This document shows positions 41,401 to 55,500 of a DNA stretch of 64,000 nucleotides, piece by piece. This stretch comes from Balanoglossus misakiensis (taxonomy: Eukaryota; Animalia; Hemichordata). The notes under the pieces were generated by a model, which worked only from the letters and a program-made list of their open reading frames with translations, ran no database searches and was not told the origin of the DNA. How positions within the stretch are numbered: the stretch's first letter is position 1; every line of letters starts with the position of its first letter. The stretch covers positions 12,686,987 through 12,750,986 of the forward strand of contig CM082583.2 in assembly GCA_040954595.2 (NCBI GenBank), in the 5' to 3' direction. The translations under genes and the position numbers were made by a program.

Positions 41401-44400
41401 CCGGCCCTACTCCCAAACTAATACAGTACATGTACCTCTAGGCAAAGTAGACTGAAGCGGCACTTTCTGGGTATAGAGGACTCAAGGTGTGCAATTAAAA
41501 TGCTATATCACAACCAGTCATCTCCAGCTGAGATGAACATCAGTGTCTGATCAGTTTCTACGGTCTTATCCATCCGTGACGCTTCTGTATGCAAAGATAA
41601 AACACAATTACATCTGGCCGACATTTCTGGTAATTTGGGAGATAAAAAGTCTCAGTTGTGCCCTGGAGACCCCTGTCATAAACTATTACACTATAAAACT
41701 GACGCATTTTTCACTTTAAAAAACGATTCAAATGCCCGACTTTTACCCGTGATCTCTTTCCTTAATCCCGACCGAATCGTTAAGTATGCCGCACATCCTT
41801 TCGAGATATTTCATCATTTTTTATGACGCTGGTTATAATACGCACACAAATGACATATATCGCAAATTACACACCCTACAAGACCTTCTGTGATAGTGTT
41901 TCAATTTGTTACACTGTATGATTCTGAACTTTATGACGTACAATGTCATTTTTTTTTTCAATTTTGATGCGTTTCAGGTTTACAGCTTATGATGCCTCAC
42001 ACACGTAATTGTGACTGGCATAACTCACTGGCTGACAGTGTACGAAAGAAAAGAGATAGACAGGGGATGTTAGAAGGAAGTATGAACTTCCAGTCTGAAG
42101 TGAAACCTGCCTGCAATTCTAATGTTGGAGTTAAAAGCATGCTTTCCGAGTGAGCGCCAGCCGGCCCTGCATTTCTCAAAGGACCTTTTACACGTATTAT
42201 ATGCTGGACTGAGCAAAAAGCCCACTGGCATTTTGAAGGTCTAGAAGGAACTGCAGAATGTCAGACACTCATTCATGCACCTAGACATACTGGATTCTAT
42301 ACATTGCAGGCATACAGACAGAAGTGACATACCCGGGTATATGCAGACTGGCTGCAGCCTCGAGTGAAGCCATTGATTGTCGCATTAATGACAAGATTTC
42401 ACACTCACACAGTTTTGTAAATTCCAATCTTTTGCTGTGTCCTTCAGTGCAAGGCGGTGTGAAGGTTGAACGTCTGTTTAATATGTGAGCGAGTTTTAAA
42501 GACAGCGTGTGTCTCATGGACAGAGTTACAGTTGAGGAATCGATATGATATCAACAGCGTAATCAATACAATTATAGAATATCACAAATGAAACCACATC
42601 CAAATTCTTCTTTTGTGTTCTTTTCTTGGTAACTATTATACACTGTTTATACAATACCAGTCTGTGTGTGTGCATACATGTAACTATCACCTTTCAGGAC
42701 ATAGCTGTATTGCAATGTGCAAATGGTCAAAACGTTTCAAACTTAATTTTCATAATCTTTATTTTTTTAAGAGAGTGTGTAAAGATAATAATTTCCTTCT
42801 TAATGCATAGTTTCTCAGTTTTCCAAATTATTTACGAAGCTAGACATCGTTAGCTATTACCTGTCAGAGGCAGGTGACATCACTCCATTGCTGTTGGATA
42901 AATATTTCATAAGACACATACGACAAGGAAGTACGCAATGTTTGATGTACTCTCAGCTTTCTCGTTTCTAACACAGTCCACACACTCAGCAGAATAACCC
43001 TCTTTCTATTGGGAAATTCAACTCTTTCTTTGCAAACAGGTGTCTCTCCTGTGTGGTAAGCTTTTCAACAAATTCAATAAACTCGTCATTTTGTACTTCT
43101 GAGACACCACTAAGTTTGTTACTTGAAAATTGAATATATTGAATTCTTAACACAAATAACCATACACACAGATAACTCCACATAAACTTTCTTGACAGTA
43201 AAACTGATACACTAGTCAAGGAATGCTAAATCTGACAGTACGTATTCCATCTGCCAACATAACTCATTTGATTCTTTCAAAACTGCTGAATGTCCACAGG
43301 GGATATACAAGCGCATGCAGCAATACGCGAATGCACGAGGGGAATAAAAAGTTTGAAAACAGAACTTGCAAGGAGATAACGGCCAACAGAATGCCTGATT
43401 CAAACTGCATGGAATGTTTCGTTCAGACGGCTATCAAGTCAAAAACCTTTTCTGATATTCATTGCATTTAATATCTCCAAGGCCGTTTTCTGATATACTC
43501 CCTGTCAGCCTAATGAAAATTACAGATAAGAAAGCCCTAAGTATCAATCAATCCGTCTCCACAAAAGCGAAATTCCTCGATAAACCAATTTTTCAAGCCC
43601 AGAATTTTAATCATAGGAAAGAAAATACTAGCCAGCTCTCTACTTCTTCAGATTACAGAGTATCAAATTCTGAAGGAAAACGAAATTGCTTGAAAGATAG
43701 CAATTTCAAATGTCAAGAGGCAGTGAACGAATAAAATCTTCTGGTCTATGGTTTCATCTTTTGATGACCACATCGCTGCTTTTTTTACTTTTTGTTTAAT
43801 GTGCTATAAACTTCAAAAAGAAACCAGAGCTTTACATACGAAGGAATTGGTTTGAAAAAAAAGTAACTCGTAACACGAGTCTGTGAATTGTAGTGGCCGG
43901 CAGCATATATGCTTGCCATGGCTGAGGTTCCTCACGTGAGAAAATAATATGCACAACTACTGCACATGTAAAATGATCCTGTTTCATCTAGTCAAGAATC
44001 TATTCCTGTAGATCTATCCGTGTGAATTTATCCCCAAGAACCTATCCTTATAAACCTATCTCTGGGAAGCTGGGCTTATTGACTATTCCAAAATGGGGCA
44101 ATTACTGAGTTCGTGAAACTTTCTGTTTAAAAATAACTACCGGTATGTGTTAACAGAAATGTCTCAAAAACAGAAGATTCTTCCAATAAAAGTTAACGCT
44201 TTTATTTTATTCTTTTTATGACGTACAAACTGGTTTATACGTCTGGGAATACTGATTTTTATTAGTCGTATATTGAATATAAGTAGGTCCTAAAATGGAA
44301 TAATTCTCCAAGTGTTTAGTGTGAGATTACAGTCTAATCCTATATTGTGATGACCTTGTGTGGTGCAAATAAGGCCAATATCTTGTCAACTCAAGCTGGC

Positions 44401-47400
44401 ACTGTGCAGCTGTGTAAAATTCCTGAGCTCATCGAAATCCAGCCGGCAATTTTTTGATTGCATTGTGTTATTCTAAAGGAATGAAAACTGCCTCATCAAT
44501 CGTCTCCAATGTTGTCAGTATAAACAGTGGGCACATTTAACCCTTCAATCTGCAGAATCCAATACATTGTAGATCTAAGTCTACCCATCACTGTAAACAC
44601 CCCTGATACTCCACCTACTTATATTTCAGTGGGTATGTTATGGACTTGGAGGTACGGTAGCTGGGAATCATTGGGATACTCTGCCACACACAAAACTGAG
44701 TGAAAATATGGACGATATTTATCTGGTGTCACAGTAGAATTGACAAATGACGCACATGTGATCTGCCTTTGTCCTGAACAAACATCATTAAACACAGCCG
44801 CTAAGACGATGAGTTGTACGTATCCAAGATGTACAGCCGAAATTATGAAAGGTCGCCGATTCAATATGTGATCTAGACGTCCTGTGTGCACTGAACACAC
44901 GATGTGTTTATCTAACACAAACAACAGAACCTCTCATAAATGAGATGCGGTATCATTAGACTAATTACAGATGGTAGTCTGGAAACACGCCCCCCATGGT
45001 CATGTATTTGAAACTTTATTCTCTTGTAACAGGATGTCAAAGTTTAATCTCAAAGTGTATACGCTTTATGTTGAGAGTGTACCCAAGTAAACAACTCTCT
45101 CTGAGGGGGAGCGTGTTTCCAGACTACCATCTGTAATTAGTCTAATGATACCGCATCTCTTTTATGAGAGGTTCTGTTGTTTGTGTTAGATAAACACATC
45201 GTGTGTTCAGTGCACACAGGACGTCTAGATCACATATTGAATCGGCGACCTTTCATAATTTCGGCTGTAGTTTTCGGCCCTCAAAACTATTACATCTGCT
45301 GGTGAAATATACACAGCCTCTCATATTTTGGTGTTGTTTTCAAGAGCACTGCAAACCAATTCTATCAACATCTTGGATAAAGCAAACATTACACCAATTT
45401 CATAATCTCCACAGCTACACTCAGAAGCGATAACGGACAAATATTAAACTCCAACATTATCATCACTGAAATTTTAATACAAAAAGCACTCAATGTGGTC
45501 GTCAGTTCATTGAGAAAGCTCGTTTGACCAATACCTTTCGTCAATTAAATTTTCATTTTCAATCGAATCTGCCTCATTATAGTCATCCTGTTGGCCTTTG
45601 TCCCTCCTGAGTATTAATGTTTTTCCGATTGCGCCAAATGAAAATCCACAAATATTGCTCCCCTAGCAAATACTTGTATTAAACAAATGTATACTTATCG
45701 GCGACAAAAGTACGTTTTTATGAACCACTTAGGAGCATTTTCATTTCATTCAGTTTTCTCCTCATAAAGTGGGGTCATAAGGTCACTGCCTGTGCGAGTG
45801 TTTATGCGTCATGTATCATAAGTTTTGTTGTTATTAAGTGTTTTATGAACGAAGTACATCATAAGAAGTTTATTACCCATACACAACATACAAGCCTGGG
45901 CTTTTGCAATAGACATGGGTCAATTGAATTATCGCAAATAACATTTACTTTTAGACGTATTGATCGAAAGTGATGGCTGCAATTTTGTATATTTGCATTC
46001 CAGTTTTTATCACTTTGAATCAAAAATTGCTCAAATGAAACTTTCAGGAGTAAAGAAGTTGGAGTAATTTTATGACTTTGCGTAAGCCCATTTACTCAAT
46101 TATGCTTCGATGCAAACACCGCAGAACGAGTTATGTGAGTGAAAAAAATATCGGGCATATCTCTACCACTGAATCTAAATCAGATTGTACCCAATGCCAC
46201 ACAGCTTGGAAGCGTAAACATTTAATGAGAATTCCCAAAACTGTGACACACAAAACACTGCCTGAACTCTGCAGCCCGTGTTTTCATTTGATGACGAAAA
46301 CGTGACAGCCCTTGACATCACACGACACTCAGGGCTACGATTCAAAACACCGAGTGTTCCTCTAGAATGCTAGTAGAGTTTCATGTTACCTATAAATTGG
46401 ACTTGAAAAGCTTAATAGGGTATTTATTGGTGGCTAACTGGCATACTTGGTTGCCTGGGCCGAGGTAGCCAAGGTTGCGGTACATGTGCCCTCATCTCAG
46501 ACTTTCAGAACGGTCGATCTCTGTACTGACCTCTGACGCTGGCCACGCGCTCGGGAACAAATGTTTTCAACTGAGATGCGTTGTCGAAATAAACATCTAC
46601 CGAGCGTCAGACAAGAAAAACCGGCGCTTGTCATGAAAGATACATGCGATCCGTGAAATAGTACAACCCGAACTAACCGCCGTGTGGAAGAAGAGACCTA
46701 GCTGTTACAAGCCCTCACAGAAGCAGAATTAATCTAGCATGGAAGAAATGTGTTTTTACGGTGACACTTTAACCTCTTAATAAGGCATCTGTGCCCTGAT
46801 GCGAAGTGTACAGTTATGTGCTGACGTCACGCGAAGTTTGAGACGAGCAGGAGGTCGTGGCTTCTCTATTTTAATGGCTGCGCAGATGGCATCCCAAAAT
46901 CCCGAACTGCTTGCTATTCTTAGAAAGTATCTCTCTCGGCTACTTGTCACTGAAAATGCACATTAGACGACTGAAAGTGACAGAGACACGTCATGGTTCT
47001 ACACCCGACCAGATGATGAGGGTCTGTGCAAGTATGTTCGGGGGGAGTTTTTTTTCATCGCGACGGATAAAGTGATGCGATCGCAAAGCGCCATGGCAAC
47101 AAGGGAGGTAAAACTTCCAGCGCTTGGACTTACCCGGGATGCAATGGCAGAGAGGGCACCCTTCAGCATCTGTCAAGAAACCACTGCTGCAATCCAGCCC
47201 ACATTCAAACACACTGCAGTCTGCAAGAAACAAAACACTGTGACATTATAGTCAGTTTGAAGTCCAGAACACAAGATTTTGATCAGCACGGTCTACATGC
47301 TTTAGCTTATCAACCTAATTTTTTTCTCAGAAAGTTTATATCACTTCCATGCATCAACCAACAATTGTTCTCCAAAAAGTTTATATCAATTCCAAGATTG

Positions 47401-50400
47401 TATTAAACCCAAGATATTTCATTTGAAATGTCTGCTGGACCAAACACACGACTCAAACTATTACAAAGCAAACTGTTCCCTGATATGCCAGCCATTACTC
47501 AGTACGTATCAAGTCTAAACTGGCACGCGGCATTTTGTTTTCCAAACTATTCACTCAAGCAAACTCTCATTACATGATCTACTGATGTGAATAACCGCGA
47601 GCGTCATTAGCCATACCACTAATAGACTTTTTGACTTCCTCATCAAATCAGCCGGGGGATATATTTTCATAGCTGCGTATTAAAATTGACATTTCAAAGG
47701 ATCATTTGCGGAGCTGCAGATTTCGCATCTCGGATCCAATCAACGTATTCATCCACCAAGGCTGCTTGCTACCAATTTATGATAGCAAACGGTGAAAGTT
47801 GAGTCGCAGCAATTTTTTTTTTACATTCTCGATGCAAATATCTCATAAAAAAACTGCAGAGAAGATTTTTTTCCACTCTAAAAGAAGTCATCAATGACAG
47901 GATAAAACGTCTCGTCATTGCTGCTTGCCAGTTGGAATTATAGTCACAGGGATAGTTCTGTTGATTGGAACCAATACATAAAGTGTTATAAGGATTTGTT
48001 CCAATCAGTACGGCTTTCAAGGCAATTCTGAAGTGGTGTCCAAACGACCTTCACAATACTAAACTGTCCTCTGCAAACACAGGTTTATGAATCATTTTAC
48101 TGTGACTTTGGAAGCTGGTCTAATGAAGAAGCGAAGTTTTTAAATTAAATTCTGCGATGTATAGGGGAGTTTGGAGATAAAAACTCTCTCCTTGTTTGTA
48201 GAATACGAAAATTAATGTCAAGAAAAGTATTCATTAAATCCAAATATTCAAAATAACAATTATTGCCATTTTAAAATAGCTCATCTTTTGGGTCATATTT
48301 TAAAAGGGGTCATATAGATCATGGCCATCAGTTCACAAATTACACACCAATTGGGTAAATACTTTAATGCATTTATTACAACTGTTCAAATTTAGGATGA
48401 AAAAATATTTCCAGTTTTTGTAACAATTATTATGCAATCTTTGAAATCTGATATACATGTTTGGATTTGCACTCACGAGATCAAGATGGAAGAAGGAACA
48501 AAAAATGAACAAAGAGAAAGAACCCCATTTCTTTTATTTGTGGATAGTGCTACTTATGAAATCTCTATTTCCAATTATGCGGGATCATTCATGTACACTG
48601 TGAAATTTGCAATAATCTGATTTTAACTCTTTCTTCCTATTAAAACCTGGCAATACCGGTAGGTATAATGAAATGGCATTGACTATTCACCCCTGACCTC
48701 TCAATCAATGTGATAAGCATGTTAATTAGACTGTTGTTCACGCTGATTTTGCAATTTTAATAATCCAGTTTTCCAACTCACAGAATGTGCCCCAGGGGAA
48801 GGCTTTGCACATCAATAACAAGTCCTTCAACACTTCCCAACAGAGGCATGTACCGGTACTAATGATTGGGCGGTTAATACATCGTAGAAGAATGAAAAAA
48901 AAACTTTGCTGAATACAACCACAAATTTGTATAAGACAAATTATTAGTTCCATGCAAATTTGAACATTTTTCAAAAGCAGACTTTTCAAAGGGCCTAGAA
49001 GTGTATGTGGCTTTAATGTGTTGGGATGTTTGAAACTCTCAACTGCATCTGATATTTTGTATGAGAGATATAACTAAAACACTTTATGCAGTGGTGTAAC
49101 ACTATGCTTGCTTAAATAGCAATTGCAACAGCTGTGTATGTCAGAAAGAAAAGCTTTCCAACTATTACACACTTTTACATCACTTTCCTTTATCTCAGGA
49201 ATGTCAACAGCCTGCCAGGGTCCAAAATTCAAATCTAGAGTTGCTAAACCATTAATTACCAGTGGGACATATCTCAGGAAAATTACCATCTGTCAAATAC
49301 GAATATTGATGACAAATGTAACAGTGATGTGTCTGCATGGTATAAAATCTGACGAATTTCATACTTTAATGAAAGCATGTATTTTGTTAATATGTGATGT
49401 GACATAACAGTTTCGATGTCAAGTGGCGAAGCAATAGGCCTACTCGCAAATAAAATGTCACACGCAGATTACTGTTAGTAGTGTTCAGTGTAGGAAAACA
49501 CAGAGAAGAAATTGCGGGATACTAGTACATGTCATACAAATAAATACTAGTGAGGCTTGGCACATACATAGGATATATGCATACTGAGAATATTGTCAAA
49601 CGTTACAGATTTGTCAGTGATGAATCAGGTTTGACTCGCTGTAAATCTCTAAGGGCACTCTTCTGTACATCATTTACACTGTCTTTGAGAACACAACTTT
49701 CAACTCCAACACTTTTCAGACATTTCTCAAAATTATCAAAGCACTGCCTTTAATACTCCAAATCCAACTGAGGGAAACTGTCACATATTTGACTGACAGC
49801 AAAAAAAGAGATAAACGGGACATTCACAATTTATCTGGTATTAAGATAAATCTCACGAACACTGCCCCTTGCATTATTTCATTATTTATGTTTTCCATTA
49901 TGATCCAACAAGGCCTCTAGACAGACACCGATTTCCATATTCATGTCTTCCCGGCAGACTAGTTTATATCAGAAGGATCTGACCCTATACTTTTTACTTC
50001 ATAGAAATACCACCATTATCTGTTCCCTGTTTTTCTTTACTTCCATTTCATCTCAGTTGAGGTAGCTAGGGTCACAGACTATCTATTTCCGAATATAAAT
50101 CAACGACATATGCAGAAAATGGGGTGGATTTATCATGTCGTTGTTTTTAACATATGATTCACTCTGCTCATTTGTCATGGCAAAAATACCAAAGCCTGCA
50201 TTGGATGGCGTATGTATGGTACAATGCAGTGACACAATTTCTAATCTTTGTTTTCATTCAGCTACATGTATTTTATGTAGTAATTTATGTGATCAAGTGT
50301 ACAACACCCACTCTTAGTGGTCAAAACTCACAAAGCTGCTGCCGACTGTACATACGCTGTGTTGAAAACAGTTTTATGAGCCAGAAAATACTAGAGTTCG

Positions 50401-52476
50401 ACTGGAGAGCTACTGTGTGTCGTCATGGAAATCTGCACGACTGACATGCTCACGATTTGGAAATGATCAAAATTCATGTTTAAGTGAAAACTCTAACTTC
50501 AGCACTCATTTTCACATCAGTATGCATGACTGATTTGAAAATGACACAAAAGATTTGAAGAAAAACATTTACAATCACAGACCACATTGTCACAGGGCTC
50601 GAGCAGATGTCAGACTCTCGTTATAGTTTTCAATGCTATAGATACAATTCTTCCACTACATCTTGCGTGACTGAAAATGGTCTAATTCTCCGCGAACAGC
50701 TCATCAGTATCTGAAAATAGCAATCGGATTCATCAGTATATGCAAAGTTTGTGATCGCTGTGGAACACAGTTGCCATTATTTGCACCTCTTGACAGCTTG
50801 GAGTTCCTCCGTGACTAAATTTCACGCCCAAGGTGCTTCTTGCAATTCTCGGAATCACACAGAGTGGTCGCCATGGCAGCGATAAATTCGATGAGTCGAA
50901 AATGCCATGAAAATATGCCATCTCTCGTCATCCTGTACAATAATCGGGTCGGTAAGTCGTCCCATCAGGACAGGCTATGAAAGCTCTTACACACGAACCT
51001 TCTCAGAAAAACTCACTATTTCTTAGAGCCAACAACAAAGGCATTGAAAATCCAGCATGGCATTTAAGACGATGCAGACAGATGAAAGTGATCGTTTTTA
51101 TTGTGCTCGAATAATCTGCGTTTGCATTTGAAAGATTTAGGTTCTCGTCTTGATTCTCTCTAATCCCCCCTCCCCCCACAAATGACAATTACCATGATGT
51201 CATTAATGCTGTACTGAACGCAGATCTGAGATCCTGTGAGTCTACAGCCAAACGGATAAAACATGAACATCCTCTGCTTGTGCCTTCATCTCACTTTTGT
51301 GGAAATCAATTGCAAACAGCCAGCCACAAACATCACACTCACACACACCTAAAGGTATTACCATATCATCTCACAGGGGACACGATCACATGGAATCAGC
51401 TATCATAAACATTCAGTGATCAAACTCCCCCAGTCTGATATCAGAGGACGTACAATTCCTGCTTTTTTTGCTGTAATTTCCAACTGAAAGGTCAGGATTA
51501 GCAGCGAGTCTGTCAACCGAATGAACACGCAGATTGCTATACACACTGGACAGTAATTTCTCGGCACCAACAGCACTGATTAAACTACTTCTGCAGACAT
51601 GACTTTTTTCCAGAAAGCCTCTCAAATTCATAACCCACTGTATGCTATTACACGCGAAATCTGCTGCTCAATCTCACGAGATCAACATTTACAGGATCAT
51701 TTCTGGATGCCCGACGCCGCAGTTTGGATGATGAAACCGTTCAAGTGAACCCAAGACTATAATCTGAGAAGACTTGGCAAATTGGAAGAACAAAAATCAT
51801 AATATAGTCAATCAGAACGGCTTAACTCTACATGTCTTGGGGTGCTGGTGTTTTTGATTAAGTTATTAAACAGACCCTTGTGAACAATCTCCCTTTATTG
51901 CTAAAAGACCATAACACCGTGAAGGTGGCTTTGCAAAGTGGAATAATGAAATTTGTGATATACTCAATCAAATGACTTTAGCGTTAAATATTTTCGTATG
52001 ATTTATGTGCCAGAATTTTCTTCAACAACCCTAGAGGGGATAATGTTGAATTCTTTCTTACAACCCATGTAAGATGTCTAGCAAATAGCATTTTGTACCC
52101 GTGCAAGTGGACGATGGTTGGAACTACCGTATATTTGTATGAAAAGGATTGCGATGCGTCAGTTCGCAGACTGTGATGTCAGTATTCTGAACCAATAGAA
52201 TTGATGTTTAAAGCTCTGTCCCTCATGACAAGGAAATTATCAGAATTGACAAGTGAACTGTTGAAATTCTCATTTTGGCTCACAATGAGAACAATTTGAA
52301 GTGTACTTGCACAGGGCACACAGCCTCATTCAAGATTCAAGAAGCTTTTATTATCTCTCAGTCTGACAGAGAAATTACAAGCAAGGCTTTCAAGACCAAC
52401 GCAAACAACTATGAATGCAACTTTAATTAGAAACAACATACATGCACATTGTACTCTGCATAAATTGATCAATCAG

Positions 52477-52515
<39 letters not shown>

Positions 52516-55500
52516 CTGAATCAGTCAATCAATCAGTCATTCAGTCGCTCAGATGTTAAATTTGTTTATCTGTTCCATGCTACTATGTTTCAATGATTAA
52601 GGGTGCACTGGTATGTTTTCTGAAGTTTATTTTCTTCATTTCAATGGGACACTCAGCTCTCTACATCAATTGACAGACACACTGACATGAATATGACTTT
52701 TCCATTCAAGTTTCCCCAGGCTGAAGTTTTTATCACAATATTCACATAATGTTATTTATTTTATCATTTATCTGGTGAGCAACTTTTACTTGAGAAATAT
52801 TCTGTATATATTTATTAAGGACAAATAATTCTGCCACGGATCAAAGGCAGACATACGCAAATGAGAAACTACCACGAGTATTCTTTGTTTACACTGAATA
52901 TGTTGATAACGCCAACGAGAAGGTTAGAAGGTTAAAGAGCGTGCAACATATAAACTGTCTTGCACACAGTCATCTATGTGGAATGCACTTCCTTCGTCAG
53001 TGTGTTCTCCGACATGCAACTCCGTGGGTTCCTGCGACCATCGAAAATTGTTAAAACCCGCTTCAGTTTCACAATTGTAATCCACAACCGGATAAATTCA
53101 TTAAATGATCTACGGAAAATGTGACCCCCGCATGTTTGATGTATCGCCATGACACCAGAGACCACACTTTTGATCAAGAAAATTCGGTACCACACGTTTT
53201 CATGCGTATGTTTCACGCTGTCGCAAAACCCTGCCCGAGTCTCGTGAACTTCACTGCGCGGTCACCGGATTTAGTCACAGCTGGATGGAAGCTATACACG
53301 GATAGCATATTTAAAAACAAGAATATCTGCACTCATTGCTAGTTTTCATATATTCAGGTTAAAGTATCACTGTAATTGATTTGTAATTGTATACATCATA
53401 CATGCACACATTTCAATATGTTGTCCAGATCAGAGGCAACTCAGGATTAATCATGAGACACTCACAGATTAAAGCATCATATAAACTACATGGTGATGAT
53501 ACAAATGAAAACATGTATCAATTTAAAAGGTGAAAAAGTAACATATGTAAATGTACATGTAGTTCTATTCAGCCCTCTTCACGTATGGTCTCTGCTTGTA
53601 TTAAAGGCATCCATTCAAACTCTGGTTTTCATCTATTACAAAGAGTATTTAACTATACTTTGGTTTAATTTGACTGCTTATTTTTAGCAATATCACCATT
53701 CTGACATTGTGGTCAGGTCTCAGCCAATCAAGAGTACTGAATACAGCGTGAGGTGTAATAATACAAGAAATTGCATTTGGTACAGAGAACAAAAATACTG
53801 AAAATAAGATAACACTACAACTTATGTCCCTTTCAATTGAATTTTGATAACTTAGAACAAACTCGCATCTACGTACCTCAGCATGTATCTATACGTCAAA
53901 TACAAAAATGAAGTGTGAAGGGGTTTTGAACACATATGCACAGACAAACGTCACACTTATTCAGTGTTCTCCCCAGAATTTTTTTATAGGATATCGGCTA
54001 ATTTGCATAAATTTACATAACAATGAACATGTTTAGCTTGCCTTTTTACAAATCTATGAGTAGACATGGCAGTAAACAATATTTAACATGGCATAATAAA
54101 CATTCATATATCAAGTGAAAGTACAGTGGCTGGCTGTGAACACACAGAAATAAGCACCATGCAAACCCCCAGGTTTCGAAAGACAGCTCATGTTGTGATA
54201 AACCGAGTTTTACTTTGAACATAATAAACATGTGGACATCGGAAGCAACTACCTCTATCTACCGCGTCTCGATCAGACTCGACTGCACGCGCGGAAGATG
54301 TAAACAAATATGGCGGCCACCATGTACCAGCCGACGAAACGATCTCCGTTTCACACCTCCAGTCAGTCGCTAAAGAGCTGTGAACGTGTGAATGTCGACC
54401 AAAACCATACAAAACGATTGCAATGTTCGTTTCATTGTTTTATTTTTTTATTTTACAACAAAAGACGTTCATTTGTGAAAAGCAACACAGGCGTGAATAG
54501 GCGGTTCCATTTACAATAGGATATCGCCTAGCGTATCGGCCTGATTGATAGCGTATCGGGCAAAATTATAGGATATCGGCCCCGATACGCTAAAACCCTC
54601 TGGGGAGAACACTGCTTATTACAATGAAATGCACATTTATCGCAAGAGTGCATTGAGATACTTCAATTCACATCCTCATTGTATCTGAGGTCTATTTTTA
54701 CACCTCAACAAACAACTGAAACAGTGAATCAAACATTTTTTTGGCATTTCTCCAAGTAGTTGAAGGTCATTGTCACTTATCAGACACCAAGCCGGCTGTA
54801 ACCATGACGATAACCTATTCAAGAGCACTTGAAATAGAATGATGAAAAGCTGATATAGAAAGGATTTCTATAATTCAACTTTAATAGACATCTGTACATG
54901 TCTATGTAAAATTTAGACCATGGCCAAGGTCAAATATCACCGTCAAGGTCAAGGTCACACCGCAAAACCTATCAGATGAAATATTCACACTTTACTTTCT
55001 TCAAAGGTTTCATGAAATAAACCACTAACATTATAAAGGCTTCCTATTCCTCCGACAAACGAGATATCACCATGACAACAAAGATAGAGAAGCCACCTAT
55101 GAACAAAGGACATGGAATGAGAAAGATTTCACTGCCCTGGTTGTTGATTGAATTCCCCATACAAACTTACTACAAAACTGTTCAACTGGGCATGACAAAT
55201 ATTGTACAGACAAGTTTTGTTATACAGGGGATTACGCTATTATTTACTTGTGAAAATACTTGACAATATTTTTCTGAGGGGAGCATTGTGACTTTGTGAC
55301 ACCTTTTCAGTTTGACACAGATGGCGTGGTAATTAAATTTCATCTTCTGTGTGATAGGCCCAATCATAAAATCTAATAGTAATACTCACTGTACTATAAA
55401 ATCAGCATTCCACATGGTACTGAAAAATGTTCTAGATTTCCCCCACATAAACACGCTTTTATAGAAGGCCTCTTTTACTTACTAATATTTGATTTATCAG

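Noticed and set aside
51192-51270. Alternative first exon (MFMFYPFGCR...) for the receptor gene
   Set aside because: It is not signal-peptide-like and its donor phase does not fit the phase-1 antistasin exon; 56811-56721 fits better.
54920-54960. Clustered AAGGTCA half-sites as a nuclear-receptor response element
   Set aside because: Such motifs are common in invertebrate interspersed repeats, and there is no independent support here.
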